Source: Amphiscolops sp. MND2022
Taxonomy: Eukaryota
Reading direction: 5' to 3'
Assembly: GCA_964187785.1 (NCBI GenBank)
Contig: OZ076415.1
Span: forward strand, 40,424,001-40,488,000
Length of the DNA: 64,000 nt
This document shows positions 23,780-38,300 of this stretch, one piece after another. Below the pieces are notes generated by a model that made no database searches, was not told where the DNA came from, and saw only the letters and a list, made by a program, of their open reading frames with translations. Within the stretch, counting starts at the first letter, position 1. Every line of letters starts with the position of its first letter. The position numbers and the translations under genes were made by a program.

Positions 23780-24200
23780 TAAATGGTTGATACATGACAC
23801 AGAATTGTTTTTATCGATGTTATGTTTTAGTTTTTTCCTTTGGTTAACTATTGGTCCAGTCAATAATTTCTTCCTTTGTCATTTCCAGGAAGTTTGGCAT
23901 TGCGTTGAGTTCTTCTCGAGCTCTTGTTCCAACGATGCAGTGGTTTGGTATTGTTCTGCATTTTCCTCTTGGTTGCCCTCTTCTCCTCCTTTTACCTTCG
24001 AAACCATGACATTTTGACCGAATTAATCGGGCTTTTTCTTTGCGCGCTCGCTCTGGCGAGACATGTTGTTTGGGGTTTTCGTGTTGTTTTCGTTTTGCGT
24101 GTCTTCCTTCGTTGTTGTTTTTTCTTGTTCTTTTGTTGGTGTGATTTCCTCGTCGGATGAACTTTCCAATTCGATAATGCCCTGCACGTTTTCAGCATTA
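23780..24200 (-). mobile_element. Possible 3' end of an LTR-retrotransposon pol
   Basis: Frame ESSSDEE...SRQSERAKKKPD*FG resembles the RRSxRxxxxP end motif. Confidence 0.3.
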
Positions 24201-24540
24201 GTCCATTTTTGAGACTAACCATTGTCGTTTCGGTTTTTTGTGTGCCCCGAACAATGAGCTGCCGAAATTTTTATCGGCAAGAAACACCGGGTGGGCATAT
24301 CCATGGATTACTTTTGTTTTTGAAATTAAATGCCAAGAATGTTCTTCGATTGTTCTTGCCAATGCCACGAGCAGACTCAGGTTCGATCCCGATGAAGAGT
24401 TTTCTTGAGTATTCGAATTGCAATCATAACGAACTTGGTTCTGCCTTTACACAGCAAAAGATTTTTCCAATCAGAACGTTGAGGAGCGACTGCTAATGCA
24501 GCGAATTGCCAACGCTGATAAGCCGGCGTGTAATCAACAA

Positions 24541-25216
24541 GCCGGGACCGGCCCAAGTCGGCGCCATATCCAAGGCTCAAAAATAGCAAAACGACTTCCA
24601 AGTGTCAAGTACTCTTTTACAGTACTCGAAAATCGAAATTTTTTTTTCAAAAAAATTTTTCGAAAAAATTACATACTCAAAAAAAATGGACCGAGTGGCG
24701 CGCCGGGGCTCGCTAGCGCGAGCCCCTGGCGCGCTAAAGTCTCACAATGCCAAAAAACTGAAAGGGAGGACCCTTTGAGGTTTTTCAACATCCATTCTGT
24801 CGCAAAACATGAAAAAATTGAAGAAAACAAAAATTTTCATTTTCGGGAAAAAATCTCACAATGCCGAAAAAAACTGAAAGGGGGGACCCTTTGGGATTTT
24901 TCAACATCCATTCTGTCGCAAAACATCAAAAAAATGCAGGGGGGGACCCTTTGGGGAAATTTTTTTTTCGGAAAAAAAAGTCTCGCAGTGCCGAAAAAAA
25001 ATGAAAGGGGGGAGTCTTTGGTCTCGCCCGGTATGGTTTGTTACGCGGAAAAACAGGAAAAACCTTTTTGGTTCAGTTCGCTAGACCAAATAGTGCATTT
25101 TGATGCAATAATATTTTGTAGAACTTTTGTAGAACTATTTTGGTCAGTTCGTGTGGATAGAAAAAAAAGAGTCACTATAATAGTCGCGTTTCACTTCATG
25201 AAGCGCCGACTAAAAA
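24541..25216 (-). mobile_element. Small Helentron/HINE-like non-autonomous element, best-preserved copy
   Basis: AACAA|GCCGG-GA-CCGGC hairpin, subTIR AGTCGGCGC (24556-24564) and GCGCCGACT-AAAAA (25203-25216); internal AAAGTCTCACAATGCC and GGGGGACCC repeats. Confidence 0.8.
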
Positions 25217-25399
25217 CGATGAACAAGTTTGTACGCACTGCGTTCAAGAGAATATGACTCCTCCTCGCATAATGGCCTGCCTTATAATGTAATCAGACAT
25301 TACGGTCCACCATGAAAGCGAAACGTAATCACCGAGCAAGATCAAGAGACAAACCTGTCCAGGCAACCGAGAACACGGAAACCCTAATTACTAGGTGGC

Positions 25400-25950
25400 C
25401 TGAAGCAAAAACATATATTGAGAAATTTCTGAGCCTGTGAAAGAACTGAAGAAACTGTCGACATTTGGCCAGAAACTCGACAATAGGAACGATAGGTAGA
25501 CAAAATTGTCATCAAAGTTGATCCCAATTTTTGTTGCATAGAAGCGTTTGTTTGCCTTGATCACCCAAAGGAAATACTCTCACTGTGTATATCTGGATTT
25601 TTTGGCAGTCATGTAGTCATGTTATTTTTGGACAACGTTTGCCAAAGACGACTTCGAAATGTTGTTACGGGCCCAAGGATGCCCAACACAAATGGTTTTA
25701 ATTCACAACCAAAGAGCATTGTGCATGCTGAACAGACTGTTCCGACCATCCACAGTGCAGTGGAAGCATGGAAGACGACGATTCTCAGTGTCAGTTTCCA
25801 CGCATAGTTTTCAACGGCGCCTGTTCACACACCACAACACTTCTTCGATGGAAGGATGAAGACCCCATTCGGAAGTTCTGTTCAGAAAAAGTGCCTTTCC
25901 CAGTTGTCATCAATTTTTCCACTGAAGAAAGTGTGCTTATCTTGTGCAAT
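25400..25950 (+). mobile_element. Ty3/gypsy-type integrase remnant
   Basis: VD...EA...LDN...PRMPNTNG...TPQHFFDGRMKTP matches the integrase core pattern SDNG...PYHPQTNG...TP..L.FGR...P; several stops. Confidence 0.5.
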
Positions 25951-26286
25951 TTCGTAGAATATTAAAGTTTCGTAGAAGATTGGCATGCATAAAAAACTTC
26001 AGTTCTGTGCTTCCCTAGATTGTTTCCCATCAAATGCAGACCACGGGTAAGTGCCATTCCGCCCAAAAATGACCAACATGGCACCTGTGAGGAAAAAACA
26101 AAAAAAGCTAAATAAAAAATCGATTGTTGAAAAGAAAATGTATTTTCTGAGAAATCCTTGTTATTTTCTGCCCCCGCAAATTTATTTGTGAATGGAGGAC
26201 AGTCATATTCTGTGTTGCGTTTTTACCAATTCTGCCAAATTTTCACAATCTCCATCCACTTCAGTTAGTACCTAATTTAGTTATAT

Positions 26287-26355
26287 TGGCTCAGTTGGTA
26301 GTGCGTCTGCCTGGAAGACACGAGGTCGTGGGTTCGAAATCATGCTGATGCATTA
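26287..26355 (+). mobile_element. tRNA-derived SINE head or tRNA pseudogene
   Basis: A box TGGCTCAGTTGGT and B box GGTTCGAAAT; no acceptor stem, malformed anticodon arm. Confidence 0.6.
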
Positions 26356-27129
26356 CATCTTTAGAGGAAAATATCCCGGTGCTTAGCGTCTTGTTTATCA
26401 TGGACCTTCTGAGTGATGATCTGTTATTTTATTCGTGATCTTCACTCTCGTGAAGATTTTTTTGTTTGACGTGGGATATGCATAATCTAATGCACACAAA
26501 ACTCATATGCGTTAGGTTCAAATGTTTTCTCAATGAAATTCAGTTTTGTTTTCTTTTCAGAGAAGTTCCAAAAATGATCGTCCTACGTTTAGTGTACAAC
26601 TTGTTCTTTTTCAAATGATCAAACAAAACTTGAACATTTAGCACTAATTTTATTAGTTCTAATTCTTTGGTTCTAACTCCGATCCCACTTCCTTTGAACC
26701 TGTTAACACTGGCTTCCAAAAACGAATTCCGTCTTTCGAAAGTTGCTGAGAACTAAGCTTAGCGGATCTCGGGGCGCAATTCTTTTCATCAGCGGTTCCA
26801 AATCTTGGAAGATTGCGAGTTTAACTGAATCTTCATTAGGAACATTAGTGCAGAAGGGGCTGACATGTTGTGATCTTTGACTGTGATTTTTCCCTTGTTC
26901 CTGATTGAAGGATGTTATGTTATAAATGAATTCAGCAGTCATTTTGCGATTATTGATTATTTCAAAGCACGTTCTTTGGCGGCAAGCCACCATGAAAGCA
27001 CGAGGCATCCAATTATAGTCAGGGCTCGACGCAAACAAATGGAGACCCAATCTGAGCAAACTTGGACAAACTTCCGGAAACTTGTGGGAAAACAAAGGCT
27101 AAAACCGGGACCCATCTAGCAACCATACA

Positions 27130-28080
27130 GTACGCTGCTATTGATGTGAAATTTTATTTTGCATGTCGTCTCATCCCTCTCGACCAAAATCCTGCAGGAA
27201 GATCATCAGAAACGGAAAAAACTTCATCCTGTTAGGTTCCTCGAACAACATGAATTTGCTCGGTCGCAACAACCAACTCTGCCGCAACTGGGACGCAAAA
27301 TTGAAGTCCACATTCACTCTCTGAGTGAAGCAATCAACCTACCAGAAGCTGAAGCAATGCTCAAGACGATTACTTCAGCTGTCTCAAAAATGAATTGGCA
27401 TTGTTTGCCATCAATAGATATCGCCCACCCGTTTTAAACATCCTAAGAGTCCTAAGAGTCTGGTATCCTCCACCGGTCATGTCAATGTAAGCAGAAAAAT
27501 TATTATCCAGCAAGAAGGTATAACCCAAGGAGACCCTATAGCTATGGACATATATGGCATCGCCATCTTGTCGCTGGTGAAGTTTATGAAAACCGAGGAT
27601 CTTTTCCAGATATTTTTATGAAAAGAAAAATTAGGATTTTTTACAACAGTCATTGGGTCTTAAGATCACTCACTGGCAGCACCGCAGCCTGTTTACTTTT
27701 GGAAAAAAACAATCAGAAATGTTCAGGAAGTCTGTGGAACATGCAAGAACATCCCTGAAAAACATCCGTCAGAGTTCACGAATATTCTAAAGAACAAATA
27801 TTCTCGACTTTTTCTTCGCCGTTGATACCTGGTTGTTTGAAATTGTTATTTTTGACAATCATTTCTATGAAAATTTGATTTGGTCTAAGTGATTGCCTCA
27901 GCAGAAACGACCTTGAGACTTCTGAACTTTGGCAAAACATAATCCTAGAGAAAATCAGGGAACGAAAGAAATCAAATTAAATACAAAACAAAAAGATCTT
28001 GAAACAATGCGGCATCTGAATAACTAAATGCTCTGCAAGCCCTGCCTTTCGAACTGAAAGAAAAGTTTATTCGATTGGGA
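27130..28080 (+). mobile_element. Remnant of a CRE-like non-LTR retrotransposon RT
   Basis: QEGITQGDPIAMDIYGIAILSLV at about 27510-27585 and a later ASE*LNAL fragment resemble the CRE-clade motifs EGTTQGDPLAM and GASSWLNALP. Confidence 0.55.
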
Positions 28081-31000
28081 TCATCACATAAAAAAAACAA
28101 AATACAAGAATTGAAATGAAAAAAAAACAATCTGGACAGCAAAAGAGCCTATTAGCTCGTCAAAGTTCCTCCCTGAAGAACCAAATTCAATTTTTTTTCG
28201 AAAGATGTTTAACAACAATTAGCGCCCTCATGAACTTTGCTTACGTTAAGCATTACTACCAAAAAAAACTTCATTATTAGCATGATAGCTTGATAGTTTC
28301 CTCAAATCTAATGGAATCAACTCTGCTTCCATTAACCAATTATAAGTTAAGCGAAGTAAATTTTTTAGGGACCTCCTCTTTAAATCAGTCCGGCTGTATT
28401 GCGTCAATTTTCTCATATTCCATCTAGTTGTATATGTTCCCACGTCATTGGCATCAAGCACTATGAACGATTTAGGTGCTTCTGGCCTAGGCTGCCTGAA
28501 AAGCTTTGATGTTTTCGAGAACGAAAAGTTCAAAAACTGTCAAAATTTCGTTCGCTCTTTGGAGATCATCAAGGGAATCAATTTTTTTCTTGAATGAAAT
28601 GGCTCGTAAAATTTTTCGTTGGGCTTTTTCATTTTTGACAATGTTGTTTTGGCAGCAGAGCCGTATATTAATAATCCATAACAAATTCTGGACTTTGCAA
28701 AGGAGTTATAAAACATCAGTAGACACTCTTGGGTAAACATATGACGTACGCGATATATCAGGCCAAAGAACTTAGAGAATTTTTTTTCCACGTAATCAAT
28801 ATGTTCTCTGAAGCGCAAAGTTTTGTCCACGTGAACACCTAATTACTTGCACGCGTTCGAATAAGGAATTTTTGTCTAAAATCAAAGTTTTACGGGGATG
28901 ACCGCGTCCGAATGCAAGTGCTTCGCATTTATCTCTATTTTGACAAAACCGCTGCAATAAATTGTCCATATCTGGTTGAATAGAACACAAACCTTTCCGT
29001 TTTGAATTTAAAATTGTTGTATCATCTGGAAATATGGCCAAGGTACAATTTCCTAAACACAAATGAACGTCATTATAATTCAAAAGAAACAGAAACAGAA
29101 ATGGACCCAAGACGGAGGCCTGGGGAACACTTGACACAATTTTAGGCTTTTCCTTGCAAACACCTTTATGACTGATGTACTGCCTACGGTCTGAAAGATA
29201 ATCTGCCAACGTTTCGAAACTTTTCCCTCTAAAGCCATAATCTTCCAATTTTTTCCCTAAAATATGATGATCCAACGTATCAAAAGCTTTCTGCAAATCA
29301 ATGAAGCAAGCTTGGTTTTGTGCTTTTTTATCTATTTCAGTACGAACAAATTCTGTTATTGCAGTGATAGCATCAACACAAGACATGTTTGCCTATACAT
29401 ATTGCATGGGACAAATTAAGTTGTTTTTCTCAGAAAATCGTATCATTCGATTATGAAAGTTTTTTCAAACATTTTGCTCAAAGAGCTTGGGAGGCTATTT
29501 GGACGATAATTTGCGGGATCTATTTTATCCCCTTTCTTAAACAATGGTACAACTTTGGCAGTTTTGAAAGTGTCTGGAAATACATCTTCATCTATGCATT
29601 TATTGAAAACAAGTGCGAGATGACGTTCAATAATGGGTGAGCAGCATTTCAAAATTTCATTACTGATCCCATCCAAACCACAACTTTTCTCGTTTTCCAA
29701 TGCTTTGATGACACTTGCAACTTCGAACTCTCTATTGGGACCCATAAACAAAGTTTTGTCACAATTGAAGGACCCCGAAGAATGCGCTGTTTGTGGCAGC
29801 CTAGATGATAATGTTGACCCATCATTTACAAAAAATTCATTCAATTTTTCTAAATCGGGAAGTTCATTTGATTGCTGATCATGGTTTTTCTGAGTTTTTA
29901 AAGACCTATAACTTGCTCGTGAAGTGGGATTAACGCCAAGTTTTCTGAAGTTATCTTGTTTCTCAGCTTCACGAAACATTGAACAAACTTTGTTTTAAAT
30001 GACTTATTTTCATCACGATTACTTTTTGTTGGCTTTTCAACCCAAGTCCGGAAAAGTTTATTACGTTTAGTATTTGCATTTTTGATTATAATATTGATCC
30101 AGTGATTGGATGGCTCTTTTCAAGAACTGACTCGCAGCGGTGCAAACTTATCTACACACTCACTGACTGACATAACAATGGGTTCCACATGACATTCAGC
30201 CGATGTTTTTTTGACAATTTGCTTCAGTTTTTGATCTAAAATGAAGAGAAATGTCAATGCGTTTTGTCTTTTTGGACTTTTTGTGTTCCTAGTCAATGTC
30301 GGTCGGGTTCGAAACTGTTTTTCTATCGAAGGAATTTTCCTCGGTAAAATGCAGCAAAACAGTAAAGTGATCACTAATGGTGGTCGGAAGAGTTTCAGTG
30401 CAAACTACATTTTGGGTTATCATGTGATCGATGCAATTTTGAGAAGTAGGCGTGACCCTTGTCGGTGATTTATTTTGTATCTCAAAATCATACGCTTCCA
30501 AGAGAGCCACATAATTTTTTCATCCAGATCATCGTTCAATGTGTCGATATTAAAGTCACCAGAAAGCATTGTTTCTCCGGACACACTCTTCAGAAAATAC
30601 AATAAAGTCTCTAGGTATCCAATGAAGTTGTTGATTTTAATAGTCGCTTGTCGATATATTGAACATATTTCGTACAATGTTTTGTTTTCTCTAGCTATCT
30701 TGCTAATTAAGCATTCTTTATCAGTTTTGAAGGACACAACTTGAAATGATTATCCATTTTTCACGTAAAAAGCTACACCACTGGGTTGTCTTTTAGCATT
30801 TTGTCGTGCTTTGAATTCCATTGGTTGATATCCCACTATGTCCAAATCAACTAGTGAGTGATCATCAGTCATCTAGGTTTCAGTAAGTGCCAGTATTTCA
30901 GGTTTTTTGTCCAAGATTTCTAGAAGGACACGAAGTTCATTTATATGATAATCGAGAGATCTTAAATTGAGACGCAAAAAAGTGAATGTTTTTGTTTTGC

Positions 31001-32200
31001 ATTTCGCTGATTCGTCAATTTTGTCAAAAGACGGCTGTTCGGGCGTCTTATCATTAGTTATTTGTTGCTCCTTATTTTGGTTCTCCAAATTCAACATAAA
31101 ACGATTCTACAAAACGAAAGAAACTATTAAATTGGTTATCAGTCGTTTAATACCGGATAATTGAGCGTTACACAATAATATTTGGTATTAGTAAGGAAAA
31201 AGACATCAAAGGCAAAAAAAGCTCCATGCGCAAAACTCCAGAAAAATACTGCAGTGCAAATGACGACGACCAAAATTATAATGACTTTCACTTTTTCCTA
31301 TTTTTGATTTGTGTCTTTTTCGAAACATTTTTCAAAGCAGTTAGAGATTAGAATACCGGGACAAAAAAGAAGTGTAACGCTCAATTTATTTCAGATCCCA
31401 TTGATTTGTCATTCTTCGTTGGCGTTGCACCAATTTCGAAACGTTTATCTTTTGGGTTCTCGGGGGTAGAATTGGGTACATTTCTTTTCACTTGTGGGTT
31501 TCTTAGCTTTTAGGGCTTTATGTGATAAATCATCTACCATCTTGGTTGAAGTTACCTTTTGAGAAAAGTAGCCCCACTGCTATCTCGCACGAACAACTTC
31601 ACGTCACAGTTATAGGTGGTTGTGATGAGTCTTTTGTCATTGGCGTACTTTTTAATGAGCGGTTGTTCTTTGGGCAATCTTTCATTCATGCAGATGTTTT
31701 TTTTGTATTGATAGGGTTTTGCTTACTTCTTTTGCCCAGCATTGATCGTCTAACATAAACATCGTTTTTCAATGAAAATAAACAAATTTCACTACTACTG
31801 GTGAAGGTTTATTGATGTCAGAGCACTTTCCCAAAACGTGGCACGCTTTCAGGTCTTCCCGCAGTGGCTAAATATCCAGAAACGTCTTTAAAAAATAAAG
31901 TACCGAACTAACCAGATCAGCATCTTGTAATAAAGGTAAGTTGTTGATGATAATAGTGTCTTTTGGAGAATATTTTTCCTGCTACGATATTCGTTCTTTT
32001 AAATCAGTTACCTCGTTTCTGAGCTCTTTAATTTGAGCATTTTGTTTTTTTAATGGTTTCAGTTTTGGTGAGTAGACCCTTTGTCAAAAGTAACAGAATT
32101 TCCTTCAAAGGCTCACTGTCAAAAGCTTGAATTAGCTCAGAAAATTTTTCAGCTGCCATTTTGAAAATTTGCTAATGCGCGTTGAGCTTCAAAAAGTTCA
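28080..32200 (-). mobile_element. Degraded full-length CR1/L2-type LINE of a second family
   Basis: Fragmented frames give a coiled-coil ORF1 (ATG near 32159), EN motifs LNLRSL, LALTET, SGDFNIDTL, PTRVT...CIDH, and RT motifs GLDGISNEILK, KVVPLFKKGD, NYRP, FIDLQKAFD, VPQASVLGP, FPDD. Confidence 0.88.
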
Positions 32201-35200
32201 GCTTTGCATGCGACTGTTCACCAACTTGTTTATCTTTCTCTATACAATATGCATTCTCTATCCTTCATAGACTATCGCAGGAAAGTTCTCTCAACTTTCA
32301 GAATTTATGACTGATATGAACACATTGAAATAAATGACCTCGAAAGAATAAAAGACATTTCCAGTTTTGCATACAGGAAAAAATGAAGGCCGTTTATAAA
32401 TGGGATTCGCCAACGCTTGTCTGGTATCAATCAAGGTCCAACCCAATGCATGATTTTTGTTTCTGTAGGTTGTTGTCGAGTACTCTTCACTGTTGGCGTG
32501 ACATGCAGAGATCAGACGGCCTTCAAATTAGACCCTGAATTAGTCTAGTACACAGACTGCAGAGTGTTGATTACTAATAAACCCTAAACACTGACTTGTC
32601 ATCTTTTGTTGTATGTCAGATATGAATGAACAATTATTTAGCTTTATGTTTCATATAGAGATTAGCTGACCCTTTGTCGATAACATTGTGTTTTTACCAA
32701 CAAGATGTGACATCTGAACAGCTGGTTGTGTCCAAAAGCTATCCAGAATGAACTGAATGACGGCTGACCATACAGTTTGCACAGAAAGTATTGAATTGCA
32801 GAAGCGTAACTTTACCGGTCATCACAAAACTCAATTCGGCTAATTGCATTTCACGAACGTCCGATAACAAGACTCGAAAAAAGTACTCGATCGATTTCCC
32901 ATAATTTCTATTTCAGCTCTCTCCACTGGTACTCGGTGACCCAATAAAAGGTACCCGCTTCAATTTTCTCCGAACTCGAAAACCCAAAACAGGGCAAACG
33001 AATCTTCGAAAGGTGCCTACTTATTTTTGATACGAATCTGCCAATGCAGCTGTTCTGATGAAATGCTTTCTATGGTTGAATTAATACGTATTGGAAAGGT
33101 AAAAGAGTTTTTGAACTGAAGTTTTATCTGGGTGCCTTTTGTGTGGTGCTACATAGATTCAATCAGCGCTAAGTTTAGAGCACTTTTTCCATTGCATGTT
33201 TCTTCTTTCTTGCCATCAAAGTAACAGAAACAGTTCTTTAGCTTTTCTTCGGAAACACAGAGAGTGCCAAAATAATACAGAGTCCACTTTAAATTTTCAA
33301 ACAGCATTTTTACTGAAATACAAAGCTGCCAGCGAGTGAGTGAGATGAAAGTGAGCTTTCGACTTACTGACTCTGAAACGTTTTCGAACGTTTAAAAACA
33401 GCCAAATTGTAGGAAAACATATTTTGAACAAAGAATCTTTCTTCCTGGCCTTTTCATGCTTTTACAGTAACTAGTTTTTTATGGATGCGAAGAATGGATG
33501 CATAAGAATGTATGCGAATGGTCAACTTTTCAACAGAGTTTAAAGGTTGTTCACGCCGCCAGTAGCTATGCGCGCTTTCCAAGCAGACAACCGGTCGGTT
33601 CGATGCCTGACGAGGACTTAATTTTTTTTTTAAAAAAAGGCACAGTGCCATTAAATTTTTTTTATTCCATTAAAGGGTTCGCGTTTCAACTTCCCAAAAG
33701 ACCTTTTTTCAAGCCTAAAAGTTCCCATTGTTGGGGTTTTTGACAAAATGCGACGTTTTTTCAAAAAAGATTTTTATTTAGTTTGTGTATTTTTCGATGT
33801 TTTCATTGAGAGAACTGTTTTTCGACGAAATAATTCAGAGGTACTCTTCAAGTTAGGAAAAGGGAGGGATGCATAATTTTTTGTATAAAACTTGAATACT
33901 TACAAATCTAAGGGGTCAACTTCACTGACACTGGAACCATTTTTTTACCTGAGATCTTTTCGGCATTTCGAGGCTAACAAATTAATTTCTACTGAGTTCC
34001 TGCTAACTAACGATGTTTATATAGGTCCTGTTGTTTTTACTTTTCAGGCTGTTTCGTATCAAACATTGGAACTTGTTCACTCTTGATCGATTACAAGAAG
34101 GCTGTTTCAATCAGAACTTAAGTAATTAAAAGAAAGTCGGAAAAATCAAATGCAGGCACAATGCTACCTACAAAAGCTCAAAAAATCGAAGTCTATCCTC
34201 TGAGAGATTAGTTGCGTTGACCAAAATAGCTCTCGTCTTACTTGACTAACTCAAAATGTTTGATTTTCTACTTCACAAAATTGTTTCATTCTTTTCATCT
34301 TTTTTATTCTTTGAACTTGCGTTTGCTGATTGCAATCGGTTACGAAAGCTTGTTGTTTCAGAACTAGCAACAACCCCGGCCTTTCTTCTAATGCATAAGC
34401 GAACAAGTATTTTCACAAATACATTTAGCCCTTCTAGGCAGTGAATTTTAAAAATAAAATTCGCCATGCTGATTCTAAATCAAAAACTTTATCTGGTAGA
34501 GATGGTCTTCCGAGATATATAACAGGGGCTGACTGTTTCTTACGAATTTTGCAAGTCAAAGACTTTCTCTTTCATCTCAAAATAGTCAACAACTAATCAC
34601 ATGAGAAACGTGGCCAAAACTTTCCAAAACTGGAACAAAAACGCTAAATAAAACTTTGATTGGATGATTGGTTCAGAATTTTTGGTGTTTTGTTTTCCGT
34701 CTCCATTTTTCTCATTCACACTCTTTGAAAATAATTTTAAAAAAACTTTTCTGTTGTTGGAATTTGTGGATCTTTAGGATAATCATGACTCCAGAAAAAT
34801 TTAAGAAATCTGCCACAATGGTCGGCCAAGTGTTGAAAAACTTTTCGCATTTTCGGTTTTCTTTTCTTCATAGGAATAATTTATAATTTTGCCGTTGAAT
34901 TTTCTGGAACAACGTATATCTTTCGAGGGAAACTAATTAGTAACAGCAAATTTCGTGAAAAAATCGGTGCAGAAATCATTTTCCCAATCTCAAGCGGAAA
35001 TGGGCAAAAAACCACATTGAATTTACAAATTTTCATTTTCTTTAAAATCGGAAAATGATGCCGTTGTAACTATGGTTTTTTCTTTTTAGAGCAAATTCAA
35101 TTTTAAAAAAAAAGGCGATACCCTTTTTTGTCAGCTGAGCCCTCCGTGACCATTCAGGTCGACCTTCGACAGAACCAGGATTTGGTTGTCAGGAATAAGC

Positions 35201-35357
35201 GGAGCGTATTTTTGCAAATTCTAGCATATTTCTAACTTTTGACTTTCCGTATCTGCAACTGCATTTTCCCAAGAAATAAAATCATGGTCAAAGCAAGTGT
35301 TTACACTGTGCTGTTTAACTGTCGGCTTCTTGAGTTCCACGGCTTACACATAAACAT

Positions 35358-38300
35358 GACGCCCGCTGAGCAACGAGATATTTTCCGCCCCAAACTGTTC
35401 TACAACTACATAAATTTGAGGCTCAAGAATAGCCAATTCACTATAAAAACGCAAACAAGTTCGAAAAACGAAAGCTTTGATTCATCGTAGCCCTTTTTAA
35501 AAGAAACCCCTAATTTATTATTTCTGCGATAGCTGGCCACTTTTCGTTTTTTCGGCACTATGCGACTCATCGAGTAAAGAAGAAAATTTTCGAAAAACAC
35601 TTTTCGCAATTTTTAATTTTCGAGGTTTTCTGTAAAAGAAAAAGGTTTCCCGGGTCTTGAGGATGTCTTCTTTGTTACATTTGATCATATGGAACTGACG
35701 AGGTTTCTTATTGATTGTAGAAATTACCTCCTTTCAGTTTTTTTTGCCTCTGTGCGTCTTTCCGAAACTTTCAATTGGACAAAGAGTACCCCTTGCTTTC
35801 ATAGCTGATTTCGGCTTGAGACAGGTAGTTTTGCGATCTGAAAATCGTTTCGCCATCGGAGAAATTTATCACTTTATCACAAAAATCTCAAAAAAATGGA
35901 TTTTTTGTGATTCCCGTTGGAGAAAAAGTCGTTTCCTAGTCTCAGGCGTATTTCTTGAGGTAATTTTTTGCACTGAGAAAAAGGTAAACGCTTGAAACTA
36001 GGTCTTTCGCGAAATTAGGAAAGTTGAGCGATCCGGATTGTTTACATTATTGCACATAGTTTCACCCGAAGTGTTAAAAACTGGAAATAGTTTTGACAAC
36101 ATTGCAGACAATTTGAGGAACTTTTCTAACATGAATCTATAGGTGTCTCTTCAAAATGAGGTCTACTGGAACCCGAGTTTTGCTTTTGTCGAATGTTCAC
36201 ACCATTCTTACCCACGAAGTAGCTCGAAACATTTTCTTGTGGTAGGTGTACTCCATATCTAGTGATTTTGCTTGGAGGTTTTTGAACCCTAAAAATTGAA
36301 CAAATGAGGCCGAAATTTACGTTTTCAAGTAAAGTTTTTGAAAGTTGTGCAAATAAACTTGTCTGGTATCTTTTCGTAACACTAGCGGTAGCTACACATT
36401 TCAATTTTGAGCCTATGATATTTCTAGTTTTTTGGAATAAACTTTCGGAAAAGGTACGAATTTGGGACTATGTTGTCGAAAATTAGGGAAATTAGGAAAA
36501 CTTGACACCTTTATTGTAAACTCGATGAACTTCATGCCATTTTTCACCCAATTGCGTTTTGAATATCTTTTTGTTCAAACGCCCAGGTCATTGAAAGCTC
36601 TACTCTTCAAAAAGTTTCGTGTTTTGAATAGAATTTGGTATTAATTTGTGAAAAAAGGCTCTTTTTTGTTGTTTAATGATTTTTGGGGTGCTTTCGAGGC
36701 CAATTCCCACAAAAAATTGCTGTTGCATCCTGACAATTTGCCTATTGGAGACCGTGATCAGTCGTTGTTGAGTTTTCAAATCTATTCTGAGCAGGGAAAA
36801 TGTTCAAAAATTGTTCAGAAAACTGCCTCAAAATGTTTTAAAAAAACTAGAGAACTCTCAGTTTTTGCATTATTTGGGTCATTCTGAAAAAATTTTCTAC
36901 CAAAAAGCATGCAATTTTTTTGAAAACGTGCTGAGGACATAGTTTTATTATCTGGAGTTTTTCGAAGCTTACGTCTCACCGAAATTTCCCAATCTCAAAG
37001 AAAATTCTCTGAGAATGCCAGGAATTGGCAAAAACTTCGACTTTTTTGAAATTTTACAGTCAATTTTGAGCCAATTTCCAATTGAAGTCTGCAAAAACTT
37101 CTCTAGAAGCCCACTGGATTCTGATTTCAACCTTTGTTGAACGTTTGTCAGCATTTTAACTCCAAAACAATTCGAAAAGTACACAAGTTGTATAAAAACG
37201 TGAAGATGTTGAAATTTTTCAACTCATTTGGCGTCATTCTGAATTGTTTTTGAAGCAACCCGCTACAACGTTGCTTTTAAAAATGTACTGCATAGCTTGT
37301 TCTTTCGTTGTTGATTGTGTTGGAGTTTATAACGAAATCTCGCGAAAATTGTACAGAAATTGCATCAAATACTACAAACACTTCAAACTTTACGACAATT
37401 CCCAAGTCAATTTGAGGCGTTTTTGCGTTTGAGCTAATCTTTTGACGAAAGCACACCAAAACAACGAAGTTTCCCATTGTTTAAGTTTTTAGCATTCTAG
37501 TCCACGATGTCTATCGATAAATCGACAAAAAATGAACAAAAATTAAGAAATATTTCGAATTTTTGTCTTTTTTGATGTCAATTTCAGACGTTTTTCATTC
37601 GGAAAACTGCATTTATCTCTTCACCAAGCATACTAAGCAAACTAGGCATACTGGACAACGATTTTTTACCTTTATGAACGTTTTCAACATTCCAATCCGG
37701 AGTCTGTCAAAATTTTGACAAAAATTGCATAAAAACCTAAATAATTCGAAAATTTGTGGTTTTTTGTTATTTTCGGTACCAATAAGCAACATTTTTCTGA
37801 TGCAAAACTGTAAAAAACTCTTCGGAAAAGCCTAGTGGACAATAAATTCTTTCCTCGTTGAAGTTTTCCAACATTCTAATTCAGGAAGTCTGTCGACAAT
37901 TTGACAAAAGTTGCAAAAAAATTTGAGAAATGGAAAATTTCGGGAATTCTTGGTTTGAAAAAGTGGGGTTAGTTTGTCAAACAACGTGCTTTTGTGTTGT
38001 TTCATGGATTTTGGGTTTGTTTGAGGCCAATTCCAACAAAAATGCAGTTATCTTTTCAACATTGCCTACTGGAGAGACCCGGATAAATTTTCGAGTTCTT
38101 AAAACCACTTTATGCATTCAAAAAATGAATAAAAAACTGCCCAATAATGTAAAAAAAACTAAATATGCTCAGTTTTCCAATATTTGGGTAACATTGAGGA
38201 AACTTTCGACCTTAAACAAATCATTTTTTTCAAAAACGTGTTTCAGGCCTGGTTATATTATCTCGAGCTTTTCGAAACTTCTATTTTACCGAAATTTTCC

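Noticed and set aside
24496-25257. 253-aa ORF
   Set aside because: Lies inside the small non-autonomous repeat; internally repetitive and A-run driven; not conserved as an ORF in other copies.
26287-26355. Functional tRNA gene (also 5577-5640, 855-945, 8825-8895, 41380-41452, 33565-33620)
   Set aside because: A and B boxes are present, but no acceptor stem or canonical anticodon arm could be folded; treated as SINE heads or pseudogenes.
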